Shown: piece after piece, positions 25,614-38,938 of the stretch
Layout: each line of letters starts with the position of its first letter
How positions within the stretch are numbered: the stretch's first letter is position 1
DNA from: Eledone cirrhosa
Lineage: Eukaryota
Assembly (NCBI GenBank): GCA_964016885.1
Contig: OZ024753.1
Location: 42,346,001 to 42,410,000, forward strand
DNA: 64,000 nucleotides
Direction: 5' to 3'
Program-made: the position numbers and the translations under genes
The notes under the pieces: model-generated
Told to the model about the DNA's origin: nothing
What the model saw: only the letters and a program-made list of their open reading frames with translations
The model's database searches: none

Positions 25614-25883
25614 TTTTACCAGGTTTTCTCAATTCCTTGTATAAAATTATCCTCAACTTTGCATTGTGATTCCAATGATTAGAATCCATTTTATGATTGG
25701 GATTGTTATTGTTATTTAGATTGGTAAATTCCGAGCAATGAACGTCTATATCAGTTTTTAAAGTTTCTAGTTGAGTTGTTTGATCAATTTGATAAGGAGT
25801 CGCTGACAGTTCATTAACATGGTTTGTGTCTATCTGGATCTCTTCTTGTAAGTTTACCCAAGGGCTGGGAAGTGTGCTCTCCT
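25614..25883 (-). CDS. INTS6: INTS6 exon 18
   Basis: ESTLPSPW...HNAKLRIILYKELRKPGK; AG/GT boundaries, phases fit. Confidence 0.88.
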
Positions 25884-25954
25884 CTGAAAACAAACAAAAA
25901 TAACAGTGTATACATAGCTGACTTCTCGGACTCTTACAAAGGGCTGAGAAGATA

Positions 25955-26215
25955 AAGTTAATATAAAGTACAATGTGCTCATACATGGAGATGCTATAGA
26001 ATAGCTTATAAAATAGGGTGAAGACCCATAAAAGATGGAAAAGGATGTTGCCATTAGCTGTTATGAGGAACCCCATATCTCCTTAGCTGGTGTTTGGGAG
26101 ATATAAGGTTTGATTCCTCATAGCAGCTGATGGCAACATCTTTTTTCATTATTTTAAAGGTCTTCACCATATTTTATAGCATCTCTGCACACGAGGTCAT
26201 CATTCTTTATATTAA
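25955..26215. repeat. Long imperfect inverted repeat (MITE-like) in INTS6 intron 17
   Basis: Nested arm pairs gatgttgccattagctgttatgaggaa / ttcctcatagcagctgatggcaacatc and ggtgaagacc / ggtcttcacc. Confidence 0.8.
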
Positions 26216-26606
26216 AAATACTGTATGTTCATATAATACTACAACAAAAAGCAAGTTTATTAAGGCCATATACCTTGCTCAAGCAGGGGTTAGCCTTATG
26301 TGCCCTATGACAGATTTCATATTGATTATAGGGGGGGGGGGGATCCTTTTTGAGGCAATGTTTTACAGAATAATGATACCCTTTGTGGTACCAACCCATT
26401 TAGTCACCTCTTGTGATGTGCAGATATATGGCATACCTATTCTATTTTTACCATGGGTCTTTTTTGAGGGATGCTCTTCCTGGTGCCAACCCATTTAGAC
26501 ATGTCTTAAGACACTCAGGGATATGGTGTATCTATTGTAAACAAGATACACACAAATAATATTCTAAGGAAAATCAACTTAATGTGAAAAAAAAATGAAC
26601 ATTTAC

Positions 26607-26732
26607 CTGAAGAATTTTCAAGTTTAATATTATTATTTTCAACTTTTGGACTGACAGGCGGTGATACAGGGACTTCAGCCATAATGGAAGGAGATGCTGG
26701 GCGTTTGATGGGAAGATCTCTTGGTAAAGGAC
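26607..26732 (-). CDS. INTS6: INTS6 exon 17
   Basis: GPLPRDLPIKRPASPSIMAEVPVSPPVSPK...; phase 1 on both sides. Confidence 0.88.
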
Positions 26733-27322
26733 CTATGGAAAAATAAGGGAATTTTTAAACCTTTAATGACATGTACAGTACAAGACATTCAAAAGAGTAC
26801 TAGAAATAAATTACATTACATAAAAAAATTAGTCCTTACTCTAATACTGCACATTTTCACAATATGTCCACTTGTAAAGATACTATAAACATCTGAATTA
26901 ACAAACTGTTTTAAAACATTTTCTGCTATATCATTATAGGATGTTAACAGTTAACTGTTAAAGTCCTGTATAGTATGACACCAAATTAGCAAGACATTCT
27001 TCAAAATTATACAATAGCATTGACTGCATTATATAAAAAAATGTTCACAAGAATCTGTCCAGTAGTAAAGATGATATAACCATTTAAACTGACAAACGTT
27101 TTTAGACATTTTCTACTAAAATATTGTGAGTTCAACTTATATGAAATATTATTTTTCATCATAAATGGCTATATCACAATTTATTAATTTTTAATCTGTT
27201 CAGTTTAAAAATATTTTTTACTAAACCCTATTTAATTAACAATACCATAATTATATAACCTATCTAAGCTGACTGCCATGTCACCGAAACTCATTAGGTG
27301 ACAACATAGACGAGATACTTGC

Positions 27323-27431
27323 CTGGTTTTCTTTTTCTTGGCAATGAATTAAGAAGTGTGTCTTGAGAGGTTTTCTTGCTGCGAGACTGTTGTCCAAAGA
27401 CAGCCTCATCAGCTTCATCAATCATGATATT
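27323..27431 (-). CDS. INTS6: INTS6 exon 16 (GC donor)
   Basis: NIMIDEADEAVFGQ...RKRKP; donor CAG|GCAAGT. Confidence 0.9.
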
Positions 27432-28428
27432 CTAAAACAGGAAAGAGAATATAATCTTAAATATTTATTTCTAACATATAAACAACAACGACAATAACGG
27501 CAAATATTTTAAGGCCATTTCCCTGGTAAAAAATGGGTTAACTTTGCAGCCTACCCCCATGACAGACTTCATATTCACCATGGGGTCCTTTTTAAGGTAG
27601 TGATTTACAGCAGGATGTCCTTCCTGTTAAAGCCTAAAGCCTGTTTTGAGCCTGATGCTCATGGTTTTCATGACATGAAGAGACTGAGTGCACAAGACTC
27701 ACCCCTGGACAGGACGCCAGTCCATTGCTGGTACTCTTAGCTAAGTATACAAGAACAACACGAGGATGGGAGTCAAAGTTGACAAAGTGTAAAGGGAGGT
27801 AATTAAACATTACAACCAATCTGACAAAACTCATTATAGCAATATCTTTAATAAAATTTATATAAAATTCCCCACAAGTTTATTATTTGACTTTCTAATT
27901 ATTATTTTTTTTAATGTTAAAAAGTTCAACAAGTCATGCACTCATAATTAATTTAAGGATCTTAGGTCTACAAACCCTAGAGAAAGCAAATTCATTTGTG
28001 ATGAATCAATGGCCAAGTTTTGAAGTGACTAGTTCAACTGCAGAGTTATTTTGAATTTTCTTTTAGCATTATTAAAATAAAATACCATTAATATATGTTA
28101 ATGTAATGCGATACAGAACTCTGTATAAGGGAATTTTAAGCCCTGAATTATTAGGACAAAAGAATCTATAGCAGCAACAAAAAAACAAAACAAAGATTAT
28201 GAGGTAACTAAATTTTTCGGTACCTTCATCTTACAGTTCATTTTGCATTGTTTAACCGTACATCACTTTCCACATTAAACCATAAGAAGCTCACGGAGAT
28301 GACGAAGGACCGTGACAAGTGGAGAGATGCTGTGCTGAATAGGACCCGTCCCACTCTTGCAAGCAGGGAAAAGCGGATGCAAAATGACGATGACGATGAC
28401 AATATATTTCATGCCTATCATAACATAC

Positions 28429-28565
28429 CTTGTTTACTTTAAAGGGATTTCCAAACATGTGTAATCTCACTGGCTGTGTCTCAATTTCTCTTAATGTGGC
28501 CGGCATCTTTTTCAGATATTCTTGGTAATTGCCCATCTGCTGAACTGGAATGCTATGAATGTAAT
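28429..28565 (-). CDS. INTS6: INTS6 exon 15
   Basis: YIHSIPVQQMGNYQEYLKKMP...RLHMFGNPFKVNK. Confidence 0.95.
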
Positions 28566-29864
28566 CTGAAATTAAAAGGAAAAAAAAAACAACCCAAGTG
28601 AGAACTCAATGTCAAATTTGATAAGATATATTTCTTTAACTCTTTTCATACTAACCCACATAAGACCACCATATTGCTTCTATGATAATAAAGTGTTTAT
28701 TTTAAGGCATTTATATTTAACTCTTTCATTACCATATACTAAATGAAAGACACTCATTTAAAAAAAAAATTGAAAATAATGAAGAATTTTGAGAGGTTTA
28801 GTAAAATAATTCTTACATAAAGTTATGATGGAAAGTTTTTAGATATTATAAATACATTAAAACAAACAGCTTTGTATCCTAAATATCAAAGGACAGTTTC
28901 AGGTGGTTTAGTATCAAGTGTTACACCTAAACCTTCCATCATAACTTTATATCAGAACCTTTATGTTATGTTCCAAACACCAGCTTAGTGAAAAAGTTAG
29001 TTATATTATTAACCCTCTGAGTGATATATAAAGCTATCCTGGTGGTCAGATTGTTTGACTAGTCAGTTGAGTAATATATAAAGCTGTTTTGGTGGTTAGA
29101 ATGTTTGAAAGTCAATCATAAGGTAGTTGGGTTCAATTCCTGCATAAGGCTTTGTGTTTAGTTCTTGAGCAAGAGACATCATTTCATGTTGCCCTTCATG
29201 ACAAAACTGAGCTGCAACATGATTGGGGTCCCATATCATTAAGACACCAAAGAAACCTCCTATGAGATGCAACATTGTAGGAGGTCAGCTAAACCTACAT
29301 AAGTGTGAGCTATAATAACATGATAGGACTGGGGGCTCTATTGTTAAAACACCAAGTAACCTCATAGGAGGCCAGCTAAACCTACATAGGTGTGAGCTAT
29401 AACAACAGATTAAAACATCTCTATTACCAGTGTCTGCCTACAAAATCAAAATGGAATCTAGAATCCAGAGACTATGGTCTAAGTCTTACTTATCAGGAAT
29501 TAATAAACTAGAAAGACAGCAAATTGGCAGAGTCAGATAGAATGCTTTTCGGTATCAGCTCTTCATCCTCCGAAGTAGAATAATAAACTACCACTTCAGT
29601 TCTGGAGTTGATTCTTTCTTTCTCTCTATTTCTCGCATACTTTCTTTTTTTCTCTCTGGAAGAAATTAGCTGTGTTCAAAACTGGAGAAGGGTGGTAACT
29701 CCATCATGTTTAAATGGCTAAGACATGACACATGTCACAACGGCGACCCTATCACTACATCAGGTGTTCAGGGCTCATGCATGGGCCACACTACTACAAT
29801 TTTTTTTTTTTAAATTGCTGATCTATGGGTACATATAAAGGTTAAGAGCAGTTAAACAACTTAC

Positions 29865-29968
29865 CATCATCAATAAGTTTAGAGTTCATAGGGGAAACTT
29901 GTAAAAAGTTAGTTCTCATTCTCGAAATCTGATCTAACAAATTCTTTCTGGGAATGTCAAAAGGATTT
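29865..29968 (-). CDS. INTS6: INTS6 exon 14
   Basis: NPFDIPRKNLLDQISRMRTNFL. Confidence 0.95.
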
Positions 29969-30559
29969 CTGAAAGATATTTAATTTAATGTTTTATGCAG
30001 ATGTGAAAAAGACAAGGTGTTTTATGTAGATGTGAAAAAGACAAGGTATTTCATATTTATGCAAGCTTAACTTTACACAATGTTTATCTGGCTAGTTATC
30101 GGCTTGAAAAATCCAAATTTCGACTCCGGAAAGCAATATTAATATCAGGGCTTGTAAAATGTTGAAGATAAAGTCAATAAATTTCCACAAAACTGAAACC
30201 CTTTTGATACAAACCTGGCCAAAAACCAGCTCTGGTTCTATGAAACAAAACCATACATTTTAAAGGGTTCCTATTTAAATAAAAATCTTTCAACATAATT
30301 CTATATAAGAACTATATGTTAAGTTTCTGAGAAACTTCTAGAAATAATCTCCTGGATTACCTCCTAGTTTTATTTAAATGTTTTCATACCAACTTACCTG
30401 AAACAACCCTAGGTATTGTCATACAAAACTGTTTTAAAGTGTTCATTGCAAAATCCTTCCATCATAATTTCACGTGAGAACCTTCGTTAAGTTATGTTCC
30501 AAAAACCAGTTTCATAATGCATAGAAACTATAGTAATAGCAGTTGGATCTTTTACCATA

Positions 30560-30930
30560 GCTGATAACAGAATGAAGTGCAAACTGTATGATGCTTATAT
30601 ACAAGGTGTAATGCTGCACTATAGGGAGACATGGACCCTGAATGATGGGGAGAAATGTAGCATACAGGTTATGATGGCTGTGCAGTGTTAGTGTGCGTGA
30701 ATGACAGAGCACAAATTAATTGAGTGAAAACTGGATATTAGAGAAATTAGGGGCAGAATACAAAGACGTGCAGGGCACTCAAGATGGAACCTGTGGAAAA
30801 GGGAGAACCATGAAGACATGAGACGAAGTGGTAAAGACCAACCACAAGATGTTAAACCTATTGAAAGAGATAGCAAAGAACCATGACTAGAAACATGCTG
30901 TGCTGGAAACCCCCACAAAAAACCCATCTA
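30560..30930 (+). mobile_element. RTE-like LINE 3' fragment
   Basis: Decayed KCKLYDAYIQGVMLHYRETWTL...GTCGKGRP.KT motifs. Confidence 0.6.
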
Positions 30931-31268
30931 CTTCTACAAACATGGTGAAAGAAATCTCTTAAAATGGTGGCAGTAACAGAGGATAGGAAGTATATCTATA
31001 TTTAGGCCCCTCATTCAATATGTCCCTGTTATGTCTTTTCTATGATCCATGACCTCTTTGATATCTTCTCACCACACAATTATTCCTGTGCCATGTTAAA
31101 GCAGTATTTTAGTAAGGAAATAATCATTTTAGTAAACCCCTCAAAATTCTTCACTAAATAATTGAAATAGAGTGTATTACATAAGAGATATGTTCATGAA
31201 AGGGTTAAAAAAAAACCCACAATAACAATAACGTAAAAAAAAAAAAGACCCTGTAAAAAATCCCGTAC

Positions 31269-31418
31269 CTGAAATACTGAGGCTTAATGTCTGGGTCCTG
31301 TATGGCCACTGTAAAGGTGTTGTAGTCCAGCAATTCCTGTCGTAAATTGTTCATGTTTCCTCCCATTGTCTGCAGAAGTTGATTGAAGTCTTTTCGTTGT
31401 ATAATTGAAGCTTTCGTT
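31269..31418 (-). CDS. INTS6: INTS6 exon 13
   Basis: TKASIIQRKDFNQLLQ...DIKPQYF. Confidence 0.93.
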
Positions 31419-31458
31419 CTACAAGAAGAAAAAACATAAACATCAGATATAAAATAGC

Positions 31459-31490
<32 letters not shown>

Positions 31491-31582
31491 AAACACTATG
31501 GACATAGTCTCTTTATTTAATTTAATTCTCATACGAGTTTGGAAAAGTGGACTGAAAAACGACGATGATGATGAAGAATTAC

Positions 31583-31662
31583 CTTAAATTTACTTTAAGT
31601 CCATCAGGTGGTGGAAGCTTCTGACCAACGGATGCTATCAACCGGTCCATTTCAATCTTGGC
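31583..31662 (-). CDS. INTS6: INTS6 exon 12
   Basis: AKIEMDRLIASVGQKLPPPDGLKVNL. Confidence 0.93.
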
Positions 31663-32128
31663 CTAAGTAAAAAAGAAAAACCAACTAAAAATATAAATAA
31701 ATGAAAATTTAAACAGACAACAAACTGTCAAAGTGTAGTTGTAAAATTCTAAAAAACTGTTTAAATTAAAACCGTCTAACCCATGCTAGTGTGGAAAAAT
31801 GGACGTTAAACAGTAATGATGAAAACAAGAGCAGATTTATTCATATCTCCCTGTATCTTGTAAAGTTAAAAAAATATGAAATGAAGTTTACAGCTCACAC
31901 TTATATGTCGGTTTAGCTGGTTTCCTACAAGGTTATATCTCATAGGAGATTTCTTGACTGTTTTAATGATAAGGGCCCTCACAGACACACAGTATCCTTT
32001 CTCTGGCCTTTTGTATCGCAATTACAATGACCTTTGCCCCCTTTGTGATGGGCACAGCCCATTTCTCCAGACCTAAAACATAATAAAAAGAAAAAAAAAT
32101 GAAGGTTAAAATAAAAATGTGTAACCAC

Positions 32129-32239
32129 CTGGTTTTTTAACTTTTTCAGGTATGTGATAACACTGTAACTGAGGCAGTTCTCCATATTGTCAGGGATCAA
32201 ACTTGGGGCACCCATACGTTGTAAGGCTTTCCGTAAAGG
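32129..32239 (-). CDS. INTS6: INTS6 exon 11
   Basis: PLRKALQRMGAPSLIPDNMENCLSYSVITYLKKLKNQ. Confidence 0.95.
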
Positions 32240-32389
32240 CTGCAGAAAAATAAACAGAAAGAATATCATTAGATTAGTCAGAATCCCATAAATAAAATAA
32301 GTCAATTCCATCTGGAGAATGGCTGAGCAATATTGGGTTGAATCATAGGTACAACTGAGATGTGTAAAAAAACAGCTAATTAGATATAA

Positions 32390-32610
32390 ACATGGCCATT
32401 AATATCATACAGAGTTGGTTAAAACCACTGGTATGATATCATTAATATCACACAGATTTGGTTAAAACCAAAGGTATGCAATCATTAATATCACACAGAG
32501 TTAGTTAAAACTTCTGGTACAATATTATTAATATCATACAGAGTTGGTTAAAACTAAGGTATGATATCATTAATATCACACAGAGTTGGTTAACACCACA
32601 TGTATGATAA
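32390..32610. repeat. Minisatellite, about 44-bp unit x5
   Basis: cattaatatcacacagagttggttaaaacc repeated. Confidence 0.85.
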
Positions 32611-32724
32611 AGACATGGCCGTCTGAGCAGACTAGCTTCAGAATGTGATAACTTCCATCTATAACCTAGCCAGGCAAATATGGGAAAAATAGATGTTAAC
32701 TGGTGAAGATAAAGAGTGACTTAC

Positions 32725-32819
32725 CCCAGCATAATAAACTGGCATTGTCTTCAAATAATTGTCAAACTGTTGCTTCCAGATTTTCGTAGGTTTAGACTTA
32801 TGAACTTTGAATAATTCAT
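32725..32819 (-). CDS. INTS6: INTS6 exon 10
   Basis: ELFKVHKSKPTKIWKQQFDNYLKTMPVYYAG. Confidence 0.95.
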
Positions 32820-33232
32820 CTGAGAAGACACACAAAGAAAAACAATTTTCAGGTTCTTTAATATTTTTACTGGTTTCAGTGGTGCATGGACACTCCTTTC
32901 AAGGGTTTTTTGTTAATCATACTGACTCAAGAAGAAGATATTGAACCCAGAACTTACTTTATCAGTCTATCCATATATATATATATAAAATAAATTTAAT
33001 TTTAATAAGAAAGGAGACAGGAGTTGGCTTAGTAGGGTGCCATGATAAAATGCACCCAGTACGCTCTGTAAAAGAGCTGACATTAGGAATAGCATCAAGC
33101 CAAAGAAACCATGCCAAAACATATTCATCTGATCTGTTTAGTTGCAGAACATGACAAGCTGTCCAACCCATGCCAGCATGGTAAACAGACATAAAAGAGT
33201 GATGATGAAAAAATGTAAAATGTTATATTTAC

Positions 33233-33362
33233 CAAGCAGTGGCAACAGCACTGGATAGTTATATGGCATCACAAATAAGTTAACACATGATAGGTTACTG
33301 CTGGCTTTTACATAACCAAATGGATAACAGACGTCAAACTTGGCACTGTTACTTACAAATAC
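33233..33362 (-). CDS. INTS6: INTS6 exon 9
   Basis: VFVSNSAK..PFGYVKASSNLSCVNLFVMPYNYPVLLPLL. Confidence 0.95.
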
Positions 33363-34125
33363 CTACAAAGAGAAAACAACAAACAACAACTGGAGTTTTA
33401 CACACAAAAAATATTATTTTGCCTTAAAGAAGAACACTGTCAGTTATAAATATGAAGAAGTGCCAAGTAATCCCAGTGGAGGAAGACCAAGGAAGACCTA
33501 GATGGACGTGGTGAGAGCTGATCCGAAATCGCTGAAGCTTAGAGACCATCCCAAAATATGAAATATGTAACGTATGAGCAAGATGTGGTTCCTTGACCTG
33601 TTTAGTTTAGGGCTGTGAAAACCCATCTAACCCATGCCAGCATTGAAAATGGATATAAAACAATAATGATGACAATATTAATAAAATGATTTTAGTAAAT
33701 CCCTCAAAATTCTTCATTAATTAATAGAAATAGAGTGTATTTCATTTGAAATATGGTCACAAAAAGTGTTAAAAGTAGTCATAACTTCTTCCTTTATTGA
33801 CTAACAAGATCCCAGACCTCATTTGCTTACTTGCTCAAGGATATTAACTCACCACCCAGGACAGGATTCAAACTCGTAACTACACGATTGCAAATCCAAT
33901 TCTCTAACATCTAAGCCATGCATCTTCTTCACTACCACAAAATAACCAATAGCAACATCTAATAATAATTGTTTCTATTTTGGCACAAGGCCAGCAATTA
34001 TCCCAGTGTATTACTAGTACTTTATTTTATCGACCCCGTAAGGATGAAGGGCAAAGATAACCTCGGCGGGATTTGAACTCAGCCGCGGTTAACTTTGCCC
34101 TAATAATAATACTACTACTACTAAC

Positions 34126-34278
34126 TTGCCAACAATTATTTGGTTGTTTCCGTTCCAAGATATACTGAGTAAGGGGTGATGGTTCAAGTTCATATTTATC
34201 AAACGGAAGATTGTCAATCACTAAAGGTTCACAGGCTGTACAGGAAAACTGCACAACTGGTTGAGCAGTTCGCGGTGT
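34126..34278 (-). CDS. INTS6: INTS6 exon 8
   Basis: TPRTAQPVV...LPFDKYELEPSPLTQYILERKQPNNCWQ. Confidence 0.95.
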
Positions 34279-34735
34279 CTGAAATTGTAAGCAAATAATA
34301 TATGAGAGAAAATTACACAAAATTTATATAATCAGAGAAAATTATTATAAATAATCTAAAATAAATTGACCCACCCTTCAAATTTGGCAAACCAAATGTG
34401 GGCCACCCGCCTTTCCAAATTCAACTGTAACCACCACAAAAAAAGGGAAAACAGACATTATCAAGCTACAGCTGTCGTGTTACATTATCATCTGGTCGAG
34501 CTTACTTGGACATTCATGAGCCCAGCACACCAGCCATCATGATCAAGCATAAGTGTTGGGAGGTCATTAGAAAAGCATCTTGTGTCTCCACATAGTTGGT
34601 CGATGTAAGTTAAAGCCAGTCAGACAACCTTCCTCTGACCGCAGCTGGGTGGCCAAAGCAAAAGTCCCCTAACAAGTTCTTGCATATAACATTATAATAG
34701 TTTCTATATATAATAAAGCTATCCTATTAACTTAC

Positions 34736-34929
34736 CAAAGTTTGAATATTACAGTCAGGCCAATAGGCCTCTGGGATTGGCCAATGACCAACAGAATAGC
34801 CTTTCTGGGCTGACCGTTGAACATAGATAAGTTTCCTGTTACTGTGCCAAGCTTGACTTAAACCTGAACATTGAGATTCCATTTCTCGTTTTTCATTTTC
34901 TCCATATTGGTTCATTACTTCACCGTTTT
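34736..34929 (-). CDS. INTS6: INTS6 exon 7
   Basis: ...WHSNRKLIYV...GHWPIPEAYWPD. Confidence 0.93.
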
Positions 34930-35636
34930 CTGAAATGGAGATAAAAAAAAAAATATAAAAGTCATTTCTCTCATTAACCTTTTTATACCAAACCCATTAT
35001 TTGCATAAAATTATGTACAGTCTGTTCGCTTTATCATCATCAACACCATCGTTTAATGTCTATCTTCCACGTTAGGATAGGTTAGACGAGTTTGTCTCAT
35101 TTGAAGCAAATTTGGTCGGGTGACCATGTCTTGCTTGGATAGGACTGTTTCTGGCTGTTTTTTTTACAGCTGGATACCCTTCCTAACGCCAACCACATTT
35201 ACAGTGTGGACTGGGTGCTTTTTGTCGGGACGTCTTGTAAGAATATTAAATATACACTTTGTGGAAACAACATGCCGTAACGCACGAAATACGCGAATTT
35301 GCTTTATGCGTTGCGTTCACAGATGCATCTTCGTGTAAAAAGCGAACACACTATATTTGTTTTGAAAGATTCTTGATGTGAAATCATGTGTTGAAATCGA
35401 TATTGTTATATTTGGGATGGAAAAAAGACAAGATGGAGTAACACCAGAAAGAAGAGGAGGCATAATAAAGAACAGATAGTCATTGAGGAGGTCACAGAAT
35501 ATGTGACGAAAGAACTCTGACAAACTAACCAACAACTAGTAATAAAGATAAAGTGAAAATCCTATGGTGTGTGTGTTTTTTTATCAGCAATACTGGTACC
35601 AAATATAACAAAATGTTTATATAAAATAACATTCAC

Positions 35637-35765
35637 CTTCATTGACTGGTTTAGGATCAGGACCAATTTTCTCAAAATTTATCACCACTCCTGCTTGCAC
35701 CTTCTGGACTAATGATTCGAGAGCTGCATTCAACATCTTTTGAGACAAAATTGCATAAGATCGAC
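35637..35765 (-). CDS. INTS6: INTS6 exon 6
   Basis: RSYAILSQKMLNAALESLVQKVQAGVVINFEKIGPDP. Confidence 0.95.
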
Positions 35766-36286
35766 CTGCAAATAAAAAAAAATTAATCAACCCTTTGGCA
35801 TTTAAATCAGCCGTATCTGGCCAGAATTCTCTCACCTCTTTCTGTTCAAACTGGCTGCTCATACTGATGTTAAGGTATTGTTCTCAAAATCTCATAGATT
35901 TGATAGTATATGAGATAAGCCAATGAATACCATTGCTATAATTACATTACTCTATATTTACTTTTGTATTTTCATGGTAAAGGATTTATCTCATATAATA
36001 TCGAATCTATGAGATTTTGAGAACAATGGCCCAACTACCACTTTACATGGATTATAAATATATATAGTACAAGTAGAAAGTAACTATATGGGTATATATA
36101 CAAACATAAGTGTGTGTATATGTCCTGTACTATGTAGTCTAACAGATAGAGAGCGATAAAATATGACTAAAGACTAAATGATCTCAGCATGACTGTAGAC
36201 ATCAGGTTAGTCATTAGACTGCTCCAGCATGGCTTCAGTCATTAGATTGCAGCCAGTAAAAAGAATAAACTAAAAGAGCTATTTAC

Positions 36287-36470
36287 CCCCGGTGACATCA
36301 CACATTGCATTAATTGGATGTGTTTCAGCAACAGGAATGTAAACAAACCCATTATCAACTGGAGGGGTCGCTGGAATCTCCAGAACTAAACCAAATATTC
36401 TTTGATCCCACCTAAATGGTTCCTTTGTCAGTTCACAACCAGGGACAACTGAATTCATTGGCAGATTCAA
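36287..36470 (-). CDS. INTS6: INTS6 exon 5
   Basis: LNLPMNSVVPGCELTKEPFRWDQRIFGLVL...MCDVTG. Confidence 0.95.
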
Positions 36471-36827
36471 CTGAAAATAAACCAAGAAAAACATTATACA
36501 AGAGAAATATTATTTCAGAAATAATTTGGACTTAAAATACAACCAACAAGTGTTTTTAGGCTACTTAACCTGCTAAACCTCGAGTTAACCCTTTCATGAC
36601 AGCATTTCTAATGAAATACACTATTTTAATCAATTAATGAAGAATTTTGAGGGATTTACTGAAATTATTTATTATATTATTAAGATAGTAACTTAACATA
36701 AGGTTCTTATATAAAATTATGTTGCAAGATTATAATTTAAACAGCAATCCTTTAAAATGATTTGTTTTGTTTTATAGAAATAAAGCTGGGTTATATTAAA
36801 AGGGTTAAATGATATATAATGCCTTAC

Positions 36828-36917
36828 CTCAAGTTGAACACTATTTGAAGAAGTTAGCCGACCTCGGTCGGTGATTAATACAATAACAGCAGGTTCCAGA
36901 TAAAATGGACACCGACC
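36828..36917 (-). CDS. INTS6: INTS6 exon 4
   Basis: GRCPFYLEPAVIVLITDRGRLTSSNSVQLE. Confidence 0.95.
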
Positions 36918-37637
36918 CTTTAAATAAAAATAAAAATTATATATATATATATCATCATCATCGGTGTTTAATGTTCATTTTCCATGCTAGCAAGAGCTAA
37001 ATGAGTGGCCCTGTTGTGATACAAGCCAGGTCTGATGACCATAACTTGCTCATACAGGACTGGTTTTAGCTTGGTTTCTACAACTGGATGCCTTTCCTAA
37101 CACCGACAACTTTTACAGTAAAGTGATTGGTGTTAAGAAGGGTCTCCAGCTGTATAAACCAAGCCAAAATACTGATTCATATGAGTATGATGTGGTCTCT
37201 GGACCTGACTTGTCTCATAACATGACAACCTGTCTAACTCATGCTAGTGTGGAAAATTGATGTATGATGATATACAGTAGTCATATGTAATGAAACAAAA
37301 TGGTTAAAATTTGTCTAATGTAGTTGTGTTTGGAGGGAGCTACAAATGGAGAAGAGGGTTGAGGAGGATCTTGGGAATGGTATGAAGATGGAAGGTGTGA
37401 CAAATGTTGTTACCTTGGAGAGTGGATCACACACTTCACGACAGTATCTAGGGTGAGTTGGGCATGGAAGAAATTCTGAGAAATTAGTAGCATGCTAATG
37501 TAGAGGGGTGGCAGTGGATGTTGAGTTGGATCTTGGAAATGGTGTGAATAACAGAGAAGGTGGATAAGACAGGATGTTTGCTGAGGCTTAATAGACTGAC
37601 TGGAGTAATAACAGGTATATAAAGAGACCGTTCTTAC

Positions 37638-37787
37638 CTGACCATATGTATCTATGCCAGACTGCATACGGTTCATATTGAGAAGATCAAAAGCATGTTT
37701 CAGCGAGGCTCCTAACACAGTTAAGCCATCAGCTTTTAAATTTTTTAATTCATTCATAAATGTTGCATGAGATTCTTTCCAACCAGC
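37638..37787 (-). CDS. INTS6: INTS6 exon 3
   Basis: AGWKESHATFMNELKNL...GIDTYGQ. Confidence 0.95.
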
Positions 37788-38309
37788 CTGAAAATTAAAA
37801 TATTTTATTTTATAAAACTTCACATATTGTTTCATGTTGGGCAGTGGTTTGGCAAAATTGTTAAAGAGTGGGACAGATGGTTTGCGGTATTTGTTCTGGA
37901 CCTTTACAATTCCACCAAGGTCAACTTTGCTTTTCAAATTTCCTAAAAGTACCACTGAAGTACCTTCAAACCCGTTGAAAATGGCTTGATCGGGATTCAT
38001 TATTAAGTACCAGTAATGTTCTGGTTATTTGCTGGCCTTGTGCCAAAAGTAGAAACAATTATTATTATAATATATATTACTAAATATTGATTTCTAATAT
38101 AGGCACAAGGCCAGCAAACTTGGGGAGGGGGAAAGGCAAAGTTGATTAGATCAACCCCAGTATTTGACTGGTACTTTATTTTATCGACCCTGGAAGGAGT
38201 CAAAGCAAAGTTGAGTTTGGCAAGATTTGAACTCAGAAACTAAAGAGCCAGAACAAATATCACAATGGCATTTTATCGGACGCACTACCAATTCTGTGGT
38301 TAGCTGGAC

Positions 38310-38480
38310 ATTCAGAGTTGACACTGCACTCAGCGCTCCTGTGGGAGCCCCTACTCGGACACACTAGAAGAGGAAGACTGAGGTTGACATATGTTGATGC
38401 CCTTAAGGACAGACACAGAACATGGCAGCGATGATGAGGGACAAAGACCGCTGGAGAGAACTCGTCCATGGATCTCGGGA
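38310..38480 (+). mobile_element. LINE 3' end fragment
   Basis: WEPLLGHTRRGRLRLTYVDALK...MRDKDRWRELV, an RTE-like C-terminal signature. Confidence 0.55.
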
Positions 38481-38841
38481 ATTTTACCCGCCCTATATAT
38501 ATATATATATATATAGATATATATATATATATATATATGTGTTGATCTTTTCTTCTTTTCTGGTTATAGCTACTGTCGCCCAGAGAGTGGGATTGGCTCA
38601 GTGCACAATCTTTCCTCACTTTAAAAAAATATCTTCACGCACAGGCATTGCACGATAGAATGAATTAATAATTATTAATAATGGTATATCATGCAATGGC
38701 CATACTCGATAACGAGGGGGCAGCCATCATATATATATAGATATATATATATAGATAGATAGAGATTTCCGAGTTGTGTCGGGGGATAACTCCAGTTGAA
38801 TAAAAAGGTACTCAATACATTGGTAGAGTATAGGTTTCTTA

Positions 38842-38938
38842 TGACTTTTACAGGACTAGAACCGTTTCATTCCTATGAAATCATCAGGTCATTCATCCTG
38901 ATAATTTCATACGAATAAAACAGCTCTAGTCCTGTGAT
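38842..38938 (-). ncRNA. Degenerate hammerhead pair in inverted arrangement
   Basis: Minus strand CTGATGA-tttcataggaat-GAAACGG..CCTGTA; a mutated copy on the plus strand (CTGATAA..AAAAC); (TA)n flanks. Confidence 0.45.

Noticed and set aside
36864-36866. A-to-I recoding to restore Gly in the INTS6 TDR motif
   Set aside because: The codon is CGA; editing gives CGG, which is still Arg.
37410-38000. 196-aa ORF (and 25549..26076, 175 aa)
   Set aside because: Each is one INTS6 exon plus read-through into intronic repeats.
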